DNA of 64,000 bases from an uncultured Dehalococcoidia bacterium (GTDB taxonomy: Bacteria > Chloroflexota > Dehalococcoidia > Lucifugimonadales > UBA2962): the NCBI GenBank assembly GCA_964477845.1, contig CAYZES010000001.1, forward strand, positions 36,426 to 100,425, in the 5' to 3' direction. Both the position numbers and the translations under genes were made by a program. The notes beneath the pieces were generated by a model. The model worked only from the letters and a program-made list of their open reading frames with translations. It had not been told where the DNA came from and ran no database searches. Positions 49,620 to 59,243 of the stretch are shown here, in pieces. Positions within the stretch are counted from its first letter, which is position 1, and the number at the start of each line of letters is the position of its first letter.

Positions 49620-50813
49620 ATGTCTGTCTACGAACAGTTCGGTGTACCCACGATAATCAACGTGTCAGGGGCTTCAACCCGCGTCGGCGGTGCGCTGATG
49701 CCCGGCGTGGTGGTCGATGCGATGGCCGCTGCGGCCGCGGAGTCGGTCTCCATGGTAGAGCTCCAGGCGGGGGCCAGCCGCTACATCGCCGCCGTTACGG
49801 GCGCCGAGGCCGGCTACGTTACCGCCGGCGCATCGTCCGCACTCACCCTGGGGGCCGCGGCCATAATGGCCGGGCTCAGCCCCGCCGCGATGGACAGGCT
49901 GCCCGACACGACGGGGCTGAGGAGCGAGTTCATAATCGCCCGCGAGCATCGCAACGGCTACGATCACGCCGCCCGCGTCGCCGGGGCGAGCCTGGTGGAG
50001 GTGGGAATGAACGAGGTCGTCGCCAACGCCGGGGTCCGCCGCACGGAGGCCTGGGAGTACGAGGCGGCGATCACCGAGCGGACCGCGGGCATCTACTACG
50101 GGCAGGGCCCGTCAAGCGAGCCCCCTCTTGCCGAGGTGGTCGAGGTGGCCCGCCGCCATGGCATCCCCGTGCTCGTGGACGCGGCGGGAGAGCTGCCGCC
50201 CAAGGAGAACCTGCGAGCGTTCATCGGGGCCGGCGCCGACCTAGTAGCGTTCTCGGGCGGCAAGGCGCTCCGCGGGCCGCAGTCGAGCGGGATACTGTGC
50301 GGCCGGCGCGACCTGATCGCCTCGGTGGCCCTCCAGCATCTGGACATGGACGAGTTCTTCAACATCTGGGATCCCCCCGGCGACCTGATCCCCAAGGGCG
50401 ACCTCCCGGGCATCCCGAGGCACGGGATAGGTCGCGGCTTTAAGGTGGCCAAGGAGGAGGTGATCGGCCTGCTGGCCGCCCTCAGGAACTTCGTCGAGGG
50501 AGGTCTTGAGGAGAGCTTTGCCCAGCAGCGAGGCTATCTCGAGTACGTCGTCGACGGGCTCAGCGGGCTGCCGGTGGAGCCGGTAGTGGATGTACCCGAG
50601 GAGGGTTCGCCGGTGCTTCGGATAGTACTGGACGAGCGGGCCCTCGGCATGACGGCGTTCGAGGTCTCACGTCGCCTGAAGTCGGGCGAGCCGCGGGTAT
50701 TCGTCCAGGAGGTGGGCCTGCCGTCCGGCGAGCTCACCGTGCATCCGCTCAACCTCGACCAGCAGCGCACAGAGTCGCTGACCGAGGCCCTTAGGAGGGC
50801 AATCTCCGGCTAG
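49620..50813 (+). CDS. SelA-like / DgaE-like PLP-dependent enzyme (fold type I)
   Basis: SD GAGGAGAAAG. INVSGASTRVGG. FSGGKALRGPQSSGIL resembles the SelA PLP-lysine motif FSGDKLLGGPQAG. Confidence 0.7.
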   Translation: MSVYEQFGVPTIINVSGASTRVGGALMPGVVVDAMAAAAAESVSMVELQAGASRYIAAVTGAEAGYVTAGASSALTLGAAAIMAGLSPAAMDRLPDTTGLRSEFIIAREHRNGYDHAARVAGASLVEVGMNEVVANAGVRRTEAWEYEAAITERTAGIYYGQGPSSEPPLAEVVEVARRHGIPVLVDAAGELPPKENLRAFIGAGADLVAFSGGKALRGPQSSGILCGRRDLIASVALQHLDMDEFFNIWDPPGDLIPKGDLPGIPRHGIGRGFKVAKEEVIGLLAALRNFVEGGLEESFAQQRGYLEYVVDGLSGLPVEPVVDVPEEGSPVLRIVLDERALGMTAFEVSRRLKSGEPRVFVQEVGLPSGELTVHPLNLDQQRTESLTEALRRAISG

Positions 50814-50820
50814 GCGAGCC

Positions 50821-52515
50821 TCAGCCGGTCACCGCCCCCTCGGCGGCCGAGGAGACGAGCTTGGCGTACTTTGCGAGCACGCCGCGGGTGTACCTCGGGG
50901 CCGGCGGGGTCCAGGCCTCGCGCCTCCGGGAGATCTCTTCTTCGGAAACGCGCATCGACAGCTCGCGGGTCTCGACGTCCATGCTGATCACATCGCCGTC
51001 GCTCAGCAGGGCGATCGGGCCGCCGGTCATTGCCTCCGGCGCTATGTGCCCGATCATCGGTCCCCGCGTTGCGCCCGAGAACCTCCCGTCGGTAAGCAGC
51101 AGCGTCGTCTCCCCGAGGCCGGCCCCCATGATCGCACCGGTCAGGGCCAGCATCTCCTGCATGCCCGGACCGCCTTTGGGTCCCTCATACCGTACGACGA
51201 TCACGTCGCCGTGCCGTATATGCCCGCCGGTGACGGCGTTAAAGGCCCCGCGCTCTGAGTCGAAGACCCGGGCAGGTCCCTCGTGCCGCAGGTGCTTTGT
51301 TCCCGAGACCTTCATCACCGCTCCCTCCGGGGCAAGGTTGCCCTTGAGGATGACCAGGCCGCCGGTGGGGCTTCTCGGGTTGTCTATCGGGTATATGACC
51401 TTGCTGTCGGGCCCTGCGCCGGTCCGCGCGTAGTCGTCGGCGAGGTTCTCGGCGATGGTCCTGCCGGTAACGGTGAGGCACTCGCCGTTGAGGAGGCCGG
51501 CCCTGAGCAGCTCGCGCATCAGCGTTGGCACGCCGCCCGCCTTGTCCATGTCGGGCATCACGTAGCGCCCTCCCGGCCGAAGGTCGGTCAGGTAGGGAGT
51601 CAGCCGGCTGAGACGGTCGAAGTCGTCGATCGACAGTGGAACCTCGGCCTCGGCTGCTATCGCGAGCAGGTGCAGGACGGCATTAGTCGATCCCCCCATC
51701 GACAGCACCACCGTTATGGCGTTCTCGAACGCCTCCCTGGTCATGATGTCTCGCGACTTTATGTCCCGCTCAAGCAGCGCGTGCATCGCCTCTCCCGCGC
51801 TATGCGAGGCCTCGAGGTTTCGCGGGTCGACGGCCGGTATGGATGCCGTGCCCGGCAGTGCCATGCCCAGCGCCTCGATGGCCGAGGACATGGTGTTCGC
51901 GGTGAACATCCCGGAGCAGGCGCCCTCGCCGGGGCAGGCCACCCTCTCCATGGCGATCAGCTCATCCAGGGAGAGATCTCCCTGCGAGTGGGCCCCGACC
52001 GCCTCGAACATGTCCTGGATGTTGATGTCCTTCCCCAGGTAGTTGCCCGCCAGGATCGCCCCTCCGTACACGAAGATCGACGGCACGTTCAGCCTCGCCA
52101 TCGCCATCAGCGCGCCCGGCATGTTCTTGTCGCAGGCCGCGACCACCAAGAGGCCGTCCATGCTCTCACCGAACACGACCGTCTCGATCGAGTCGGCGAT
52201 CACCTCCCTGCTCACCAGGGAGGCCTTCATGCCCTCGGTCCCCATCGAGATGCCGTCGCTGATGGTTATCGTCCCGAACAGGAAGGGAACGGACCCTCCG
52301 GCGCGCACGCCCTCCTTGGTCGCCCTGGCGATCCGGTCGAGGTGCACGTTGCAGGGCGTTACGTCGCTGGCCAGGTTTGCAACCGCGACGAAGGGCTTTT
52401 CGAAGTCCTCGTCCTTAAGGCCCGCGCCCCGCAGCATGGCCCTGGCCGGCGCACGGTCGGCACCGTCCACCTGCACGGCGCTGTGGCGCCTAAGGTTGGT
52501 CTTTGTGATGGTCAT
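50821..52515 (-). CDS. ilvD: Dihydroxy-acid dehydratase
   Basis: [45 protein letters not shown]. 564 aa. Confidence 0.95.
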   Translation of the reverse strand: MTITKTNLRRHSAVQVDGADRAPARAMLRGAGLKDEDFEKPFVAVANLASDVTPCNVHLDRIARATKEGVRAGGSVPFLFGTITISDGISMGTEGMKASLVSREVIADSIETVVFGESMDGLLVVAACDKNMPGALMAMARLNVPSIFVYGGAILAGNYLGKDINIQDMFEAVGAHSQGDLSLDELIAMERVACPGEGACSGMFTANTMSSAIEALGMALPGTASIPAVDPRNLEASHSAGEAMHALLERDIKSRDIMTREAFENAITVVLSMGGSTNAVLHLLAIAAEAEVPLSIDDFDRLSRLTPYLTDLRPGGRYVMPDMDKAGGVPTLMRELLRAGLLNGECLTVTGRTIAENLADDYARTGAGPDSKVIYPIDNPRSPTGGLVILKGNLAPEGAVMKVSGTKHLRHEGPARVFDSERGAFNAVTGGHIRHGDVIVVRYEGPKGGPGMQEMLALTGAIMGAGLGETTLLLTDGRFSGATRGPMIGHIAPEAMTGGPIALLSDGDVISMDVETRELSMRVSEEEISRRREAWTPPAPRYTRGVLAKYAKLVSSAAEGAVTG

Positions 52516-52553
52516 GGAAAAGTCTCTCCGGTGCGTATGGACACCGAGACCAA

Positions 52554-53648
52554 TTATATCGCCGCCTCGGCCTCCGCCCTGGCCGCCCTGGCCGCCCTGC
52601 GCTGGGTGATGATGTGATTTGCCACGAATACCAGGCCGCCGATGGCGATCACGCTAAGCAGCGTTATCGATCGGTCGAGCACGGCCACCGAAGCCGCGTC
52701 CGCCTTGGGCATGCTGAGCACGAGCAGCCCGGTCATGCCGGCCTCGACCGCACCTATCCCCCCGGGGGTCGGCACCGTGCTGAGCACGGCGTGCCCCAGT
52801 GAGACGAGCAGCACCATCGGGATCGATAGCGACAGGTCGAGCGCCTGGACCACGAAGTACAGGCGGGCCGCCTCGAGCGCCCACCCGATCACGCTCAGGG
52901 CCGCCAGCAGGGGTAGGTTGCGGGCCTCTATGCTGCCGAGGCTTCCCTGGTGGAACTGGCCGTATATGCGCTCCAGCGCGCTCGGGAGCAGCCGTGCCAG
53001 CCTGAGCCCGAAGAGCCGCATGGCGACGAGCAGCGCAAAGAAGACCGCTGCGGAGCCGGCGGTCGCTATGACCAGGTACCTGAGTATGGTGTTGTCGGTG
53101 GTGACCGTTGCCGCCAGCACCGCGGCCACAATCATCAGCGCCACCGTGGCCATGTCGAGCATCCTCTCGGCCAGCAGCGTGCCGAGACCCCAGTAAAAGC
53201 CGCCCTTGGTGTCCTTGGAAAAAACCCAGGCGCGGTAGGCGTCGCCGAGCCTGAGCCAGGCTATCGTGTTGACGAACCAGCCCATGATGATGAGCTGGGC
53301 GAGGCGCAGCGTCGATGGAAGGCGGATGGAGTCTTCGGGCCTATCGGAGCTCTTGGCGGCGCTGCGCGCCAGCAGCCTCCAGCGGTATCCGCGGAACAGA
53401 AAGCTCAGGTAGTAAAGGGCCAGTGCCAGGACGAAGGGCCAGGGCTTCATCTGGCTGACGTTTTGCCAGGTGTCCGACCAGTCCAGATCGATGCCCGAGG
53501 CCAGGAAGAATATGAACGCCCCCGCCACACCCAGGGAGAGGAGGGTCGGGAGTGAAAATATTCGTCGACGAAGGATCGACGGCAGGTCTGCGCTGGCGCT
53601 CGAGTCCGCTGACGAGAGAACGAGGCCGACGAGTCGGGTTATTCGCAT
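52554..53648 (-). CDS. Flippase-like / lysylphosphatidylglycerol-synthase TM-region family membrane protein
   Basis: About 8 TM spans. [11 protein letters not shown] and [12 protein letters not shown] motifs typical of the TIGR00374-like family. Confidence 0.7.
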   Translation of the reverse strand: MRITRLVGLVLSSADSSASADLPSILRRRIFSLPTLLSLGVAGAFIFFLASGIDLDWSDTWQNVSQMKPWPFVLALALYYLSFLFRGYRWRLLARSAAKSSDRPEDSIRLPSTLRLAQLIIMGWFVNTIAWLRLGDAYRAWVFSKDTKGGFYWGLGTLLAERMLDMATVALMIVAAVLAATVTTDNTILRYLVIATAGSAAVFFALLVAMRLFGLRLARLLPSALERIYGQFHQGSLGSIEARNLPLLAALSVIGWALEAARLYFVVQALDLSLSIPMVLLVSLGHAVLSTVPTPGGIGAVEAGMTGLLVLSMPKADAASVAVLDRSITLLSVIAIGGLVFVANHIITQRRAARAARAEAEAAI

Positions 53649-53663
53649 TGGCCGTGGGCCATT

Positions 53664-54383
53664 CTACAGCGGACGCCTGCCGGGCACTCCCTCGCGCCTG
53701 GGAAAGCGCGCGGGAGTGGGTAAGCGTTTAGGGACCACTACAAGGCGCGCGTCCCTGCCCTCGCCGACTATCGCAGGGTCTACGCTGACGACCCTCGGCT
53801 CCCCCGCGCCGGTGGCACCGAGCGCACGGGCTGCCTTGCCCAGCTCGGCCTCGGCCTCCCTTCCCTTGTAGGCGACCAGCAGGCCGCCGAGCCGGCAGAA
53901 CGGCATCGTGAGCTCGATCAGGGTGGACAGCCCTGCAACGCCCCTTGACACCACGATGTCAAAGCTCTCGCGCACCTGCGGAAGGTGCGCGGCCGTCTCC
54001 GCCCGGTCCCGGATCACCTCGAGGTCGCCCAGCGCCAGTTCGGACCTTAGGCGCCCGAGGAAGCTCGCCTTTTTCCCCGTGGCCTCAAGGAGCGTCACCC
54101 GGCAGCCCGGCAGCGCGATCGCGAGAGCGACCCCGGGCAGCCCCGCACCGGAGCCGACGTCAAGCACGCGCGAGCGGGCGATGATGACCGGATCGACGGC
54201 GGCGGCGATGGTGAGCGAGTCAAGGAAGTGGCGCGTCCTTATCTGGTCCGGGTCGACGATGGCGGTCAGGTTCGCCCGCCGGTTGCCGTCGACGATCAGC
54301 TCAAGGTAGCGCTCGAACGCCTCCACCTGCTCGGTGTCCAGGTGGATCCCGAGTGCCGCCGCGCCCTCGACGAGATCGGTCAG
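53664..54383 (-). CDS. rsmG: 16S rRNA (guanine527-N7)-methyltransferase
   Basis: NLTAIVDPDQIRTRHFLDSL, VLDVGSGAGLPGVALAI, FDIVVSRGVAGL. The only in-frame start that keeps the conserved N-terminus is CTG 54383, overlapping the upstream TGA. Confidence 0.75.
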   Translation of the reverse strand: MTDLVEGAAALGIHLDTEQVEAFERYLELIVDGNRRANLTAIVDPDQIRTRHFLDSLTIAAAVDPVIIARSRVLDVGSGAGLPGVALAIALPGCRVTLLEATGKKASFLGRLRSELALGDLEVIRDRAETAAHLPQVRESFDIVVSRGVAGLSTLIELTMPFCRLGGLLVAYKGREAEAELGKAARALGATGAGEPRVVSVDPAIVGEGRDARLVVVPKRLPTPARFPRREGVPGRRPL

Positions 54384-54991
54384 GGGAGTGCCGCCCCGGA
54401 GCGGGCTGGGGCGCCGGTCCCCCCGCCGGCCGGCGCGAGCGAGCTGACCACGGTGAACAGGTTGATCACAAACATGGGACCGCTCGGGATGTGCAGGGGC
54501 CAGAGCAGCAGGCCCAGCGGACCGACCGCCGAAGCGGCCCAGGCCGTCCTTGCGCCCACCGCGCCGGATCTCCTGAGCCCCAGCCCGTAGATGGTCATGC
54601 CGACCTGCGCGGTGACGATCGCGGGGAACTCTACCGCACCGTAGAAGATCGACTGAAGGGGCGAAAAGCCCACGGTTGACCCGTTCCCGGACCCCGCATA
54701 GTACGAGCCCAGGTCGCCGACCAGCGCAACACCGAGGGCCGCCATGGTGAGCCAGAACGCGCCCCGTACCCAGAGCGTTGACCGGCTCCCGATCCGCCCC
54801 TGAAAGTAGTACAGCCCCGCCATCGCGCCAATGTAGGCTGGGAAAAACAGGCGGCCTGCCAGCAGGTATGCGTCCGACTCGGCGAGCCACGTCGCCATCA
54901 CAAGGGGGGTCAGCACAAGGCCGAATCCCCCACCGGCGAGGGCGAAGATGCGCAGGTAGGACGATGGGATCGGGCCGGGTCCGACGGTCAC
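54380..54991 (-). CDS. Integral membrane protein, unknown function
   Basis: 203 aa with about 6 hydrophobic spans and good GC3 bias. First gene of the minus-strand run ending with ilvD. Confidence 0.55.
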   Translation of the reverse strand: MTVGPGPIPSSYLRIFALAGGGFGLVLTPLVMATWLAESDAYLLAGRLFFPAYIGAMAGLYYFQGRIGSRSTLWVRGAFWLTMAALGVALVGDLGSYYAGSGNGSTVGFSPLQSIFYGAVEFPAIVTAQVGMTIYGLGLRRSGAVGARTAWAASAVGPLGLLLWPLHIPSGPMFVINLFTVVSSLAPAGGGTGAPARSGAALP

Positions 54992-55089
54992 CCGGACAGC
55001 CTAATCCGAGTCCGCATGCCGTGCCAAGACCGTGCGTTTGACATGGTGTCGGCGCGGAAATAGACTTTGCGCCACAGAGCTATAGATCA

Positions 55090-55190
55090 TATTCACCCGG
55101 GGGAGCCCGCTAGGGCTGAGAGGCCGGCCGAAGGGCCGTCGACCCCTCGAACCTGACCTGGATAACGCCAGCGTAGGGAGCGGGAACCAC
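55090..55190 (+). promoter_or_regulatory. TPP (THI-box) riboswitch
   Basis: CCCGGGGGAGCCCGCTAGGGCTGAGAGGCC...GACCCCTCGAACCTGACCTGGATAACGCCAGCGTAGGGAGCGGG contains the CTGAGA and ACCTGA-CTGGATAA-GCCAGCGTAGGGA cores. Lies upstream of tenA-thiD. Confidence 0.9.
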
Positions 55191-55194
55191 TTAG

Positions 55195-55251
55195 GCATCG
55201 CCGCGCCGGCCCAGTCCACTAGGGACCCGGACAGAGGCGGTGCTTTTTTTG
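55195..55251 (+). terminator. Candidate riboswitch expression-platform terminator
   Basis: GCATCGCC (55195-55202) pairs with GGCGGTGC (55236-55243, one G-U), followed by T7 (55244-55250). The large internal loop has a GTCC/GGAC sub-hairpin. Confidence 0.5.
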
Positions 55252-55352
55252 TCACATGGTTCAGTTGCGATAGTTCCCACGCCGGCCGGGACGATCCCGG
55301 CCACTCTCCCGTCCCGGTTCGCCGCATCGGCGCGTGCGATGGCGGACCGAGC

Positions 55353-56027
55353 ATGACCGGTTCCTTCGCTCGCGAACTCAGGGCCAAGCACGAGCGGGCC
55401 TGGGAGCGGGTGGTCGTCCACCCGTTCGTCCTCGAGCTGGGCGATGGCACCCTGCCGCTCGAAAGGTTCCGCTTCTACTTCGTACAGGACTACATCTTCG
55501 TAAAGGACCTGGTGGCGGTGATGGGCATGGCCATCGCCAAGTCCCCCGACCTGGGCGCGGCAAGCGCGCCGATCAACCGGTTCCTCAGCGGTGTGCTCAA
55601 CCCGGAAAACGACCTTTTCCTCAGGGCGCTTGGGGCACTGGATGCGACCGCCGAGGAGCTCACCGCATCGGTCGCGTCTCCTGCCACGCAGGGCTTTTGC
55701 GACTTTGTCACCCGCGTGGGGCACGAGGGTACGTTCGACGAGATCATCACGGTGCTCTACGTGACCGAGGGGACGTACCTTGAGTGGGCCACCAGGCTGA
55801 TCGAGGCCGGCAGGGTGCCCGACGACGGGTTCTACCGGGAGTGGATTGACCTGCACGGGCCCGCCGCGCTCGCCGAGATAGTCGGCTGGATGGGCGCTCA
55901 CCTGGACTCGATCGCACCCGGGGACCGGTCACCGCGAACCGACTGGCTGGTGCGCACCGCGCTCGCCTACGAGCTGATGTTCTGGGAGCAGGCCCACACT
56001 GGTGCGGGCTCGCAGTGGCCCGCGTGA
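55353..56027 (+). CDS. tenA: TenA-family aminopyrimidine aminohydrolase (thiaminase II)
   Basis: HPFVLELGDGTLPLERFRFYFVQDYIFV, and the ATQGFCDFV region. 224 aa. Confidence 0.85.
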   Translation: MTGSFARELRAKHERAWERVVVHPFVLELGDGTLPLERFRFYFVQDYIFVKDLVAVMGMAIAKSPDLGAASAPINRFLSGVLNPENDLFLRALGALDATAEELTASVASPATQGFCDFVTRVGHEGTFDEIITVLYVTEGTYLEWATRLIEAGRVPDDGFYREWIDLHGPAALAEIVGWMGAHLDSIAPGDRSPRTDWLVRTALAYELMFWEQAHTGAGSQWPA

Positions 56028-56833
56028 GCAGGCCGCGCATCCTGACCGTTGCCGGCTCGGACTCCGGCGGGGGCGCCGGGATACAGGCGGACCTTAAGAC
56101 ATTCGCGGCCCTCGGCGCCTACGGCACCTCGGCCATAACCGCCGTGACCGCACAGAACACGCTGGGGGTAACCGATGTCCTGGAGGTGGGTCCGGCCACG
56201 GTCCGTGCCCAGATCGATGCGGTCATGGACGACATCGGCGCCGACGCCGCCAAGACGGGGATGCTCTTTAGCGCGGAGATCATCGAGGAGGTGGCCAGCG
56301 GACTGCGGCGCCACGGGGTCGGCCGGCTGGTCGTCGACCCGGTGATGGTGGCGACCAGCGGGGCGAGGCTGCTCAGACAGGACGCCGAGGAGGCGCTGGT
56401 CCGCCTTCTGGTCCCGGCGGCCAGCCTGATCACACCCAATTTACAGGAGGCCGCAGTACTCGTCGGCCGGCCGATAGAGACGATCGACGAGGTGCGGGAG
56501 GCCGCGCGGGAGATAGCCGGGCTGGGCGCGCGCGCCGTGGTGATAACCGGGGGGCCGGACGGCGGTCCGGCGACGGATGTCCTGCTGGCGGGAGGTGAGA
56601 TGGAGATCTTTGCCGGGGAGCGGATCGAGACCCTGAGCACGCACGGGACCGGCTGCACCTTCTCGGCGGCGGCGGCGGTCGGCCTTGCCAGGGGCCTGCG
56701 GACGAGAGATGCGGTGGCGATGGCCAAGCGCTACGTCGCCTCCGCCATACGCGCTGCCTACCCGGTAGGGTCCGGGCACGGTCCGGTGGACCATTTCCAC
56801 GGGCTGGCCGGGGGCGGCGCGGGCCAGCAGTAA
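56015..56833 (+). CDS. thiD: Hydroxymethylpyrimidine/phosphomethylpyrimidine kinase
   Basis: ILTVAGSDSGGGAGIQADLKT, TPNLQEA, THGTGCTFSAA. The start may be GTG 56024 (GTGA overlap with the tenA stop). Confidence 0.9.
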   Translation: MARVSRPRILTVAGSDSGGGAGIQADLKTFAALGAYGTSAITAVTAQNTLGVTDVLEVGPATVRAQIDAVMDDIGADAAKTGMLFSAEIIEEVASGLRRHGVGRLVVDPVMVATSGARLLRQDAEEALVRLLVPAASLITPNLQEAAVLVGRPIETIDEVREAAREIAGLGARAVVITGGPDGGPATDVLLAGGEMEIFAGERIETLSTHGTGCTFSAAAAVGLARGLRTRDAVAMAKRYVASAIRAAYPVGSGHGPVDHFHGLAGGGAGQQ

Positions 56834-56860
56834 GCGGCTGTGCGGACCGGCCGAGTTTCG

Positions 56861-56898
56861 TTGAACGGGGGTTTGGCCGCCGCTATAATTGCGGCGGC
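56861..56898 (+). promoter_or_regulatory. Promoter candidate TTGAAC-N17-TATAAT with the -10 box in the loop of a perfect 8-bp GC palindrome
   Basis: TTGAAC 56861-56866; GCCGCCGC (56876-83) TATAATT (56884-90) GCGGCGGC (56891-98). Confidence 0.55.
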
Positions 56899-56948
56899 TC
56901 GCCGCGGATGACACGGTGGGCGGTGTGTGCGACTTTTAGGAGGTCCGT

Positions 56949-57140
56949 ATGGACTCTAAGGACAACGAAGATTCTGGCAGCTCCCGCAGGGAGTTTCTGA
57001 AGAAGGTCCCCATGGGGCTGCTGGGCGTTGCGGCGCTTATGACCGTGGGCGGAGGCCTCTTCGGCCGCGCCCGTAGGCGGGTCAGCTTCGGCTCCGACTC
57101 TATCTTCCGCCCGCGCGACGGCGGGCCGTCGGAGGTGTAG
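56949..57140 (+). CDS. Small protein with twin-arginine-like signal/anchor (63 aa)
   Basis: AGGAGG lies 6 nt upstream. SRREFLKKVPMGLLGVAALMTVGGGLFG. The stop is 3 nt before the bioY start. Confidence 0.45.
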   Translation: MDSKDNEDSGSSRREFLKKVPMGLLGVAALMTVGGGLFGRARRRVSFGSDSIFRPRDGGPSEV

Positions 57141-57143
57141 ACG

Positions 57144-57824
57144 GTGATGCAGATGGTCACGCGGCCGGGAGCCCTGGTAGTCCAGGCGCGTCCCTGGGCG
57201 CTGCTCGGAAAGCCCGGTCCCTCCCTGCTCGAGGCCCTCTACCCGGGAATCAACTCCACCCACAAACTGGCCGTCTCCCTGGCGCTGGTGGGCGTGCTGG
57301 TGGGGCTTGCCAGGGCGCGGTTCTTTTTACCGGATAACCCCGTCCCCATCACGTTCCAGACCTTCGGGGTGCTGATGATCGGCGGTGTGCTCGGCTGGCG
57401 CTGGGGCCTTTTCTCGATACTCGTGTATTACTTTTTGGGCATGGCCGGCGTTCCCGTATTCCAGGGCGGCGGCAACGGCTGGGCATACACCGGCGAGGGG
57501 GTAACCGGGGGCTACCTGATCGGCTTCATAGCCTCGGCGTGGCTGGTCGGCTACCTCTCGCAGCGCGGATGGAACCGCGGCAGGTCGATGTGGACGATGG
57601 TCCTGGCGATGCTTGTGGTCTACCTGCCGGCACTGCTGTGGCTCCGCTACGGGGGCTTTTCATGGCCGGCCGAGGGGGAGCTGTTCTCCGCCGGGATGTA
57701 CCCGTTCATACCCGGCGACCTCGTAAAGGCGATGCTGGCGTCCGTGGCCGTGGGCTTCGGATGGAAGATGGCCGATCGCCGGTCGGCCGAGCGTGAGTCA
57801 GGGGCCGAACCGGGCGACGGGTAG
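57144..57824 (+). CDS. bioY: Biotin transporter BioY
   Basis: PVPITFQTFGVLMIGGVLGWRWG, GAGYL-like GGYLIGFIASAW, FIPGDLVKA. Confidence 0.85.
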   Translation: MMQMVTRPGALVVQARPWALLGKPGPSLLEALYPGINSTHKLAVSLALVGVLVGLARARFFLPDNPVPITFQTFGVLMIGGVLGWRWGLFSILVYYFLGMAGVPVFQGGGNGWAYTGEGVTGGYLIGFIASAWLVGYLSQRGWNRGRSMWTMVLAMLVVYLPALLWLRYGGFSWPAEGELFSAGMYPFIPGDLVKAMLASVAVGFGWKMADRRSAERESGAEPGDG

Positions 57825-57892
57825 CGGCGGCCGGAGGGTCGGGTACGGGCGACTGAGCGTTCACCGGGACGGCCCGGAGCAAGGAGAGGCGT

Positions 57893-58246
57893 TTGACGGC
57901 ACCGGGAATCGAAACGGCATCCTCGCTGAGGCGGCTCGTAGCCGTCTTGCTCGACTTCGTGCTCATCCCTCTGACGCTCTTCATCGGATACATCATCTGG
58001 TGGCTCATCGTCCTCGGGCGAGGACAGACGCCCGGCAAGCAGATCGTCGCCATCAGGGCCGTGCGTCGAAGCGGCGAGCCTACGAGCTGGGGCCTTATGT
58101 TCGTGCGCGAGGTCCTAAAGTGGCTGCTTCACGGCCTTGGGCTGCTGGGCCTGGTCGCCGATGGGATAGTGCTGCTGATGGACGAGAAGGAGCGCCGGTC
58201 CATCATCGACCGCATCGTGGAAACGAGGGTGGTCTACGCCGATTGA
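57893..58246 (+). CDS. RDD-family membrane protein
   Basis: RRLVAVLLDFVLI ... GQTPGKQIVAIRAV. Confidence 0.7.
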   Translation: MTAPGIETASSLRRLVAVLLDFVLIPLTLFIGYIIWWLIVLGRGQTPGKQIVAIRAVRRSGEPTSWGLMFVREVLKWLLHGLGLLGLVADGIVLLMDEKERRSIIDRIVETRVVYAD

Positions 58247-58283
58247 CCCGGTGCCTGCCGTGGAGGTCGTGGCGAGGAGGCAG

Positions 58284-59159
58284 CTAGCCTCCGACCAGCG
58301 TCAGGCGGCGGTCCAGGTCGTTCCAGGGGATCATGGCGTCCACCCAGCTGCCCAGGCGGTTGAGGTAGACGTTGGCGGCGTCAAGGATCTCCTTTAGCTC
58401 ATCCGTGGATGCCGCGGCCTCGGCAGCCCCGGCAGCCTGGCGGATCAGGGTAGACGCTCCCTCAAAGCCCCACTTTGACAGGCGGTGGTCGGTGCGGAGC
58501 AGGTAGGCTGCCGCCACCCTGCCCGCCTGGGCGGCGGGCATCTCGTCGGCCAGCTCCCGGGCGACGTGCAGGTTCTCAGTGCCCCAGAACAGATCGAAGT
58601 TCGAGTAGACCACGCACGGAAGGTTGCCCATCGGGGGCCGGGTGTGGGTACGCATGGCGGCCACGTCGGCGGGCTCGGTCTCCCAGATCTCGGAGGTCGC
58701 CGCGCGCAGCGCGTCTGCGGCCGCGTTTCCCGCCGGCGCCGGCGCCGGCCCGGTCGCAGCCCCTGATGCGTCTCCCATGTTGATCGAGACCGGGAGCGTG
58801 CCGGCCTCAAGGATGCGCCTGCCGGCCGCGACCGCCCTGGGAAGGTCCTCGGGGACGACCCGGGCGAACAGGTTTATGTAGCCGAAGGGCATGATCTCCC
58901 CGTAGAAAAGGCACAGGGTCTGGCTGCGCGGATAGTAGCCGATGTCCCCGGGGGCCACGGAGGGCACCTGGTTCTCCCCCGGGGGCGCGTAAAACGGGAG
59001 CATGGCTATCGTCTCGTCCCCCGCGAACTTGGCGTTTACGCCGAAAGTGCTCGTCGGCATCGCCCGCTCGAACGCCGCGCACGTCTCCGGCGCCTCGCCG
59101 GTGAGCAGGACGGCCCTGACGGTCTCACCGGCCATGTGTATCTCGAATATCTTGTCCAT
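58284..59159 (-). CDS. Cyclophilin-like-fold (DUF3830-like) N-domain protein with an extra C-terminal domain
   Basis: MDKIFEIHMAGETVRAVLLTGEAPETCAAFERAMP ... PGDIGYYPRSQTLCLFYGE resembles the cyclophilin-like/DUF3830 pattern as I recall it. The C-terminal 140 aa are unassigned. Last gene of the split GltS-like cluster. Confidence 0.45.
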   Translation of the reverse strand: MDKIFEIHMAGETVRAVLLTGEAPETCAAFERAMPTSTFGVNAKFAGDETIAMLPFYAPPGENQVPSVAPGDIGYYPRSQTLCLFYGEIMPFGYINLFARVVPEDLPRAVAAGRRILEAGTLPVSINMGDASGAATGPAPAPAGNAAADALRAATSEIWETEPADVAAMRTHTRPPMGNLPCVVYSNFDLFWGTENLHVARELADEMPAAQAGRVAAAYLLRTDHRLSKWGFEGASTLIRQAAGAAEAAASTDELKEILDAANVYLNRLGSWVDAMIPWNDLDRRLTLVGG

Positions 59160-59243
59160 CGGGTAGGTCGCTCCTGTGGTGGCTGAGGTAGCCGTTCGCC
59201 GGCGCGGGGCCGTGCGGCGGCCGGGGCGAGGCCCCGGTCCCTT

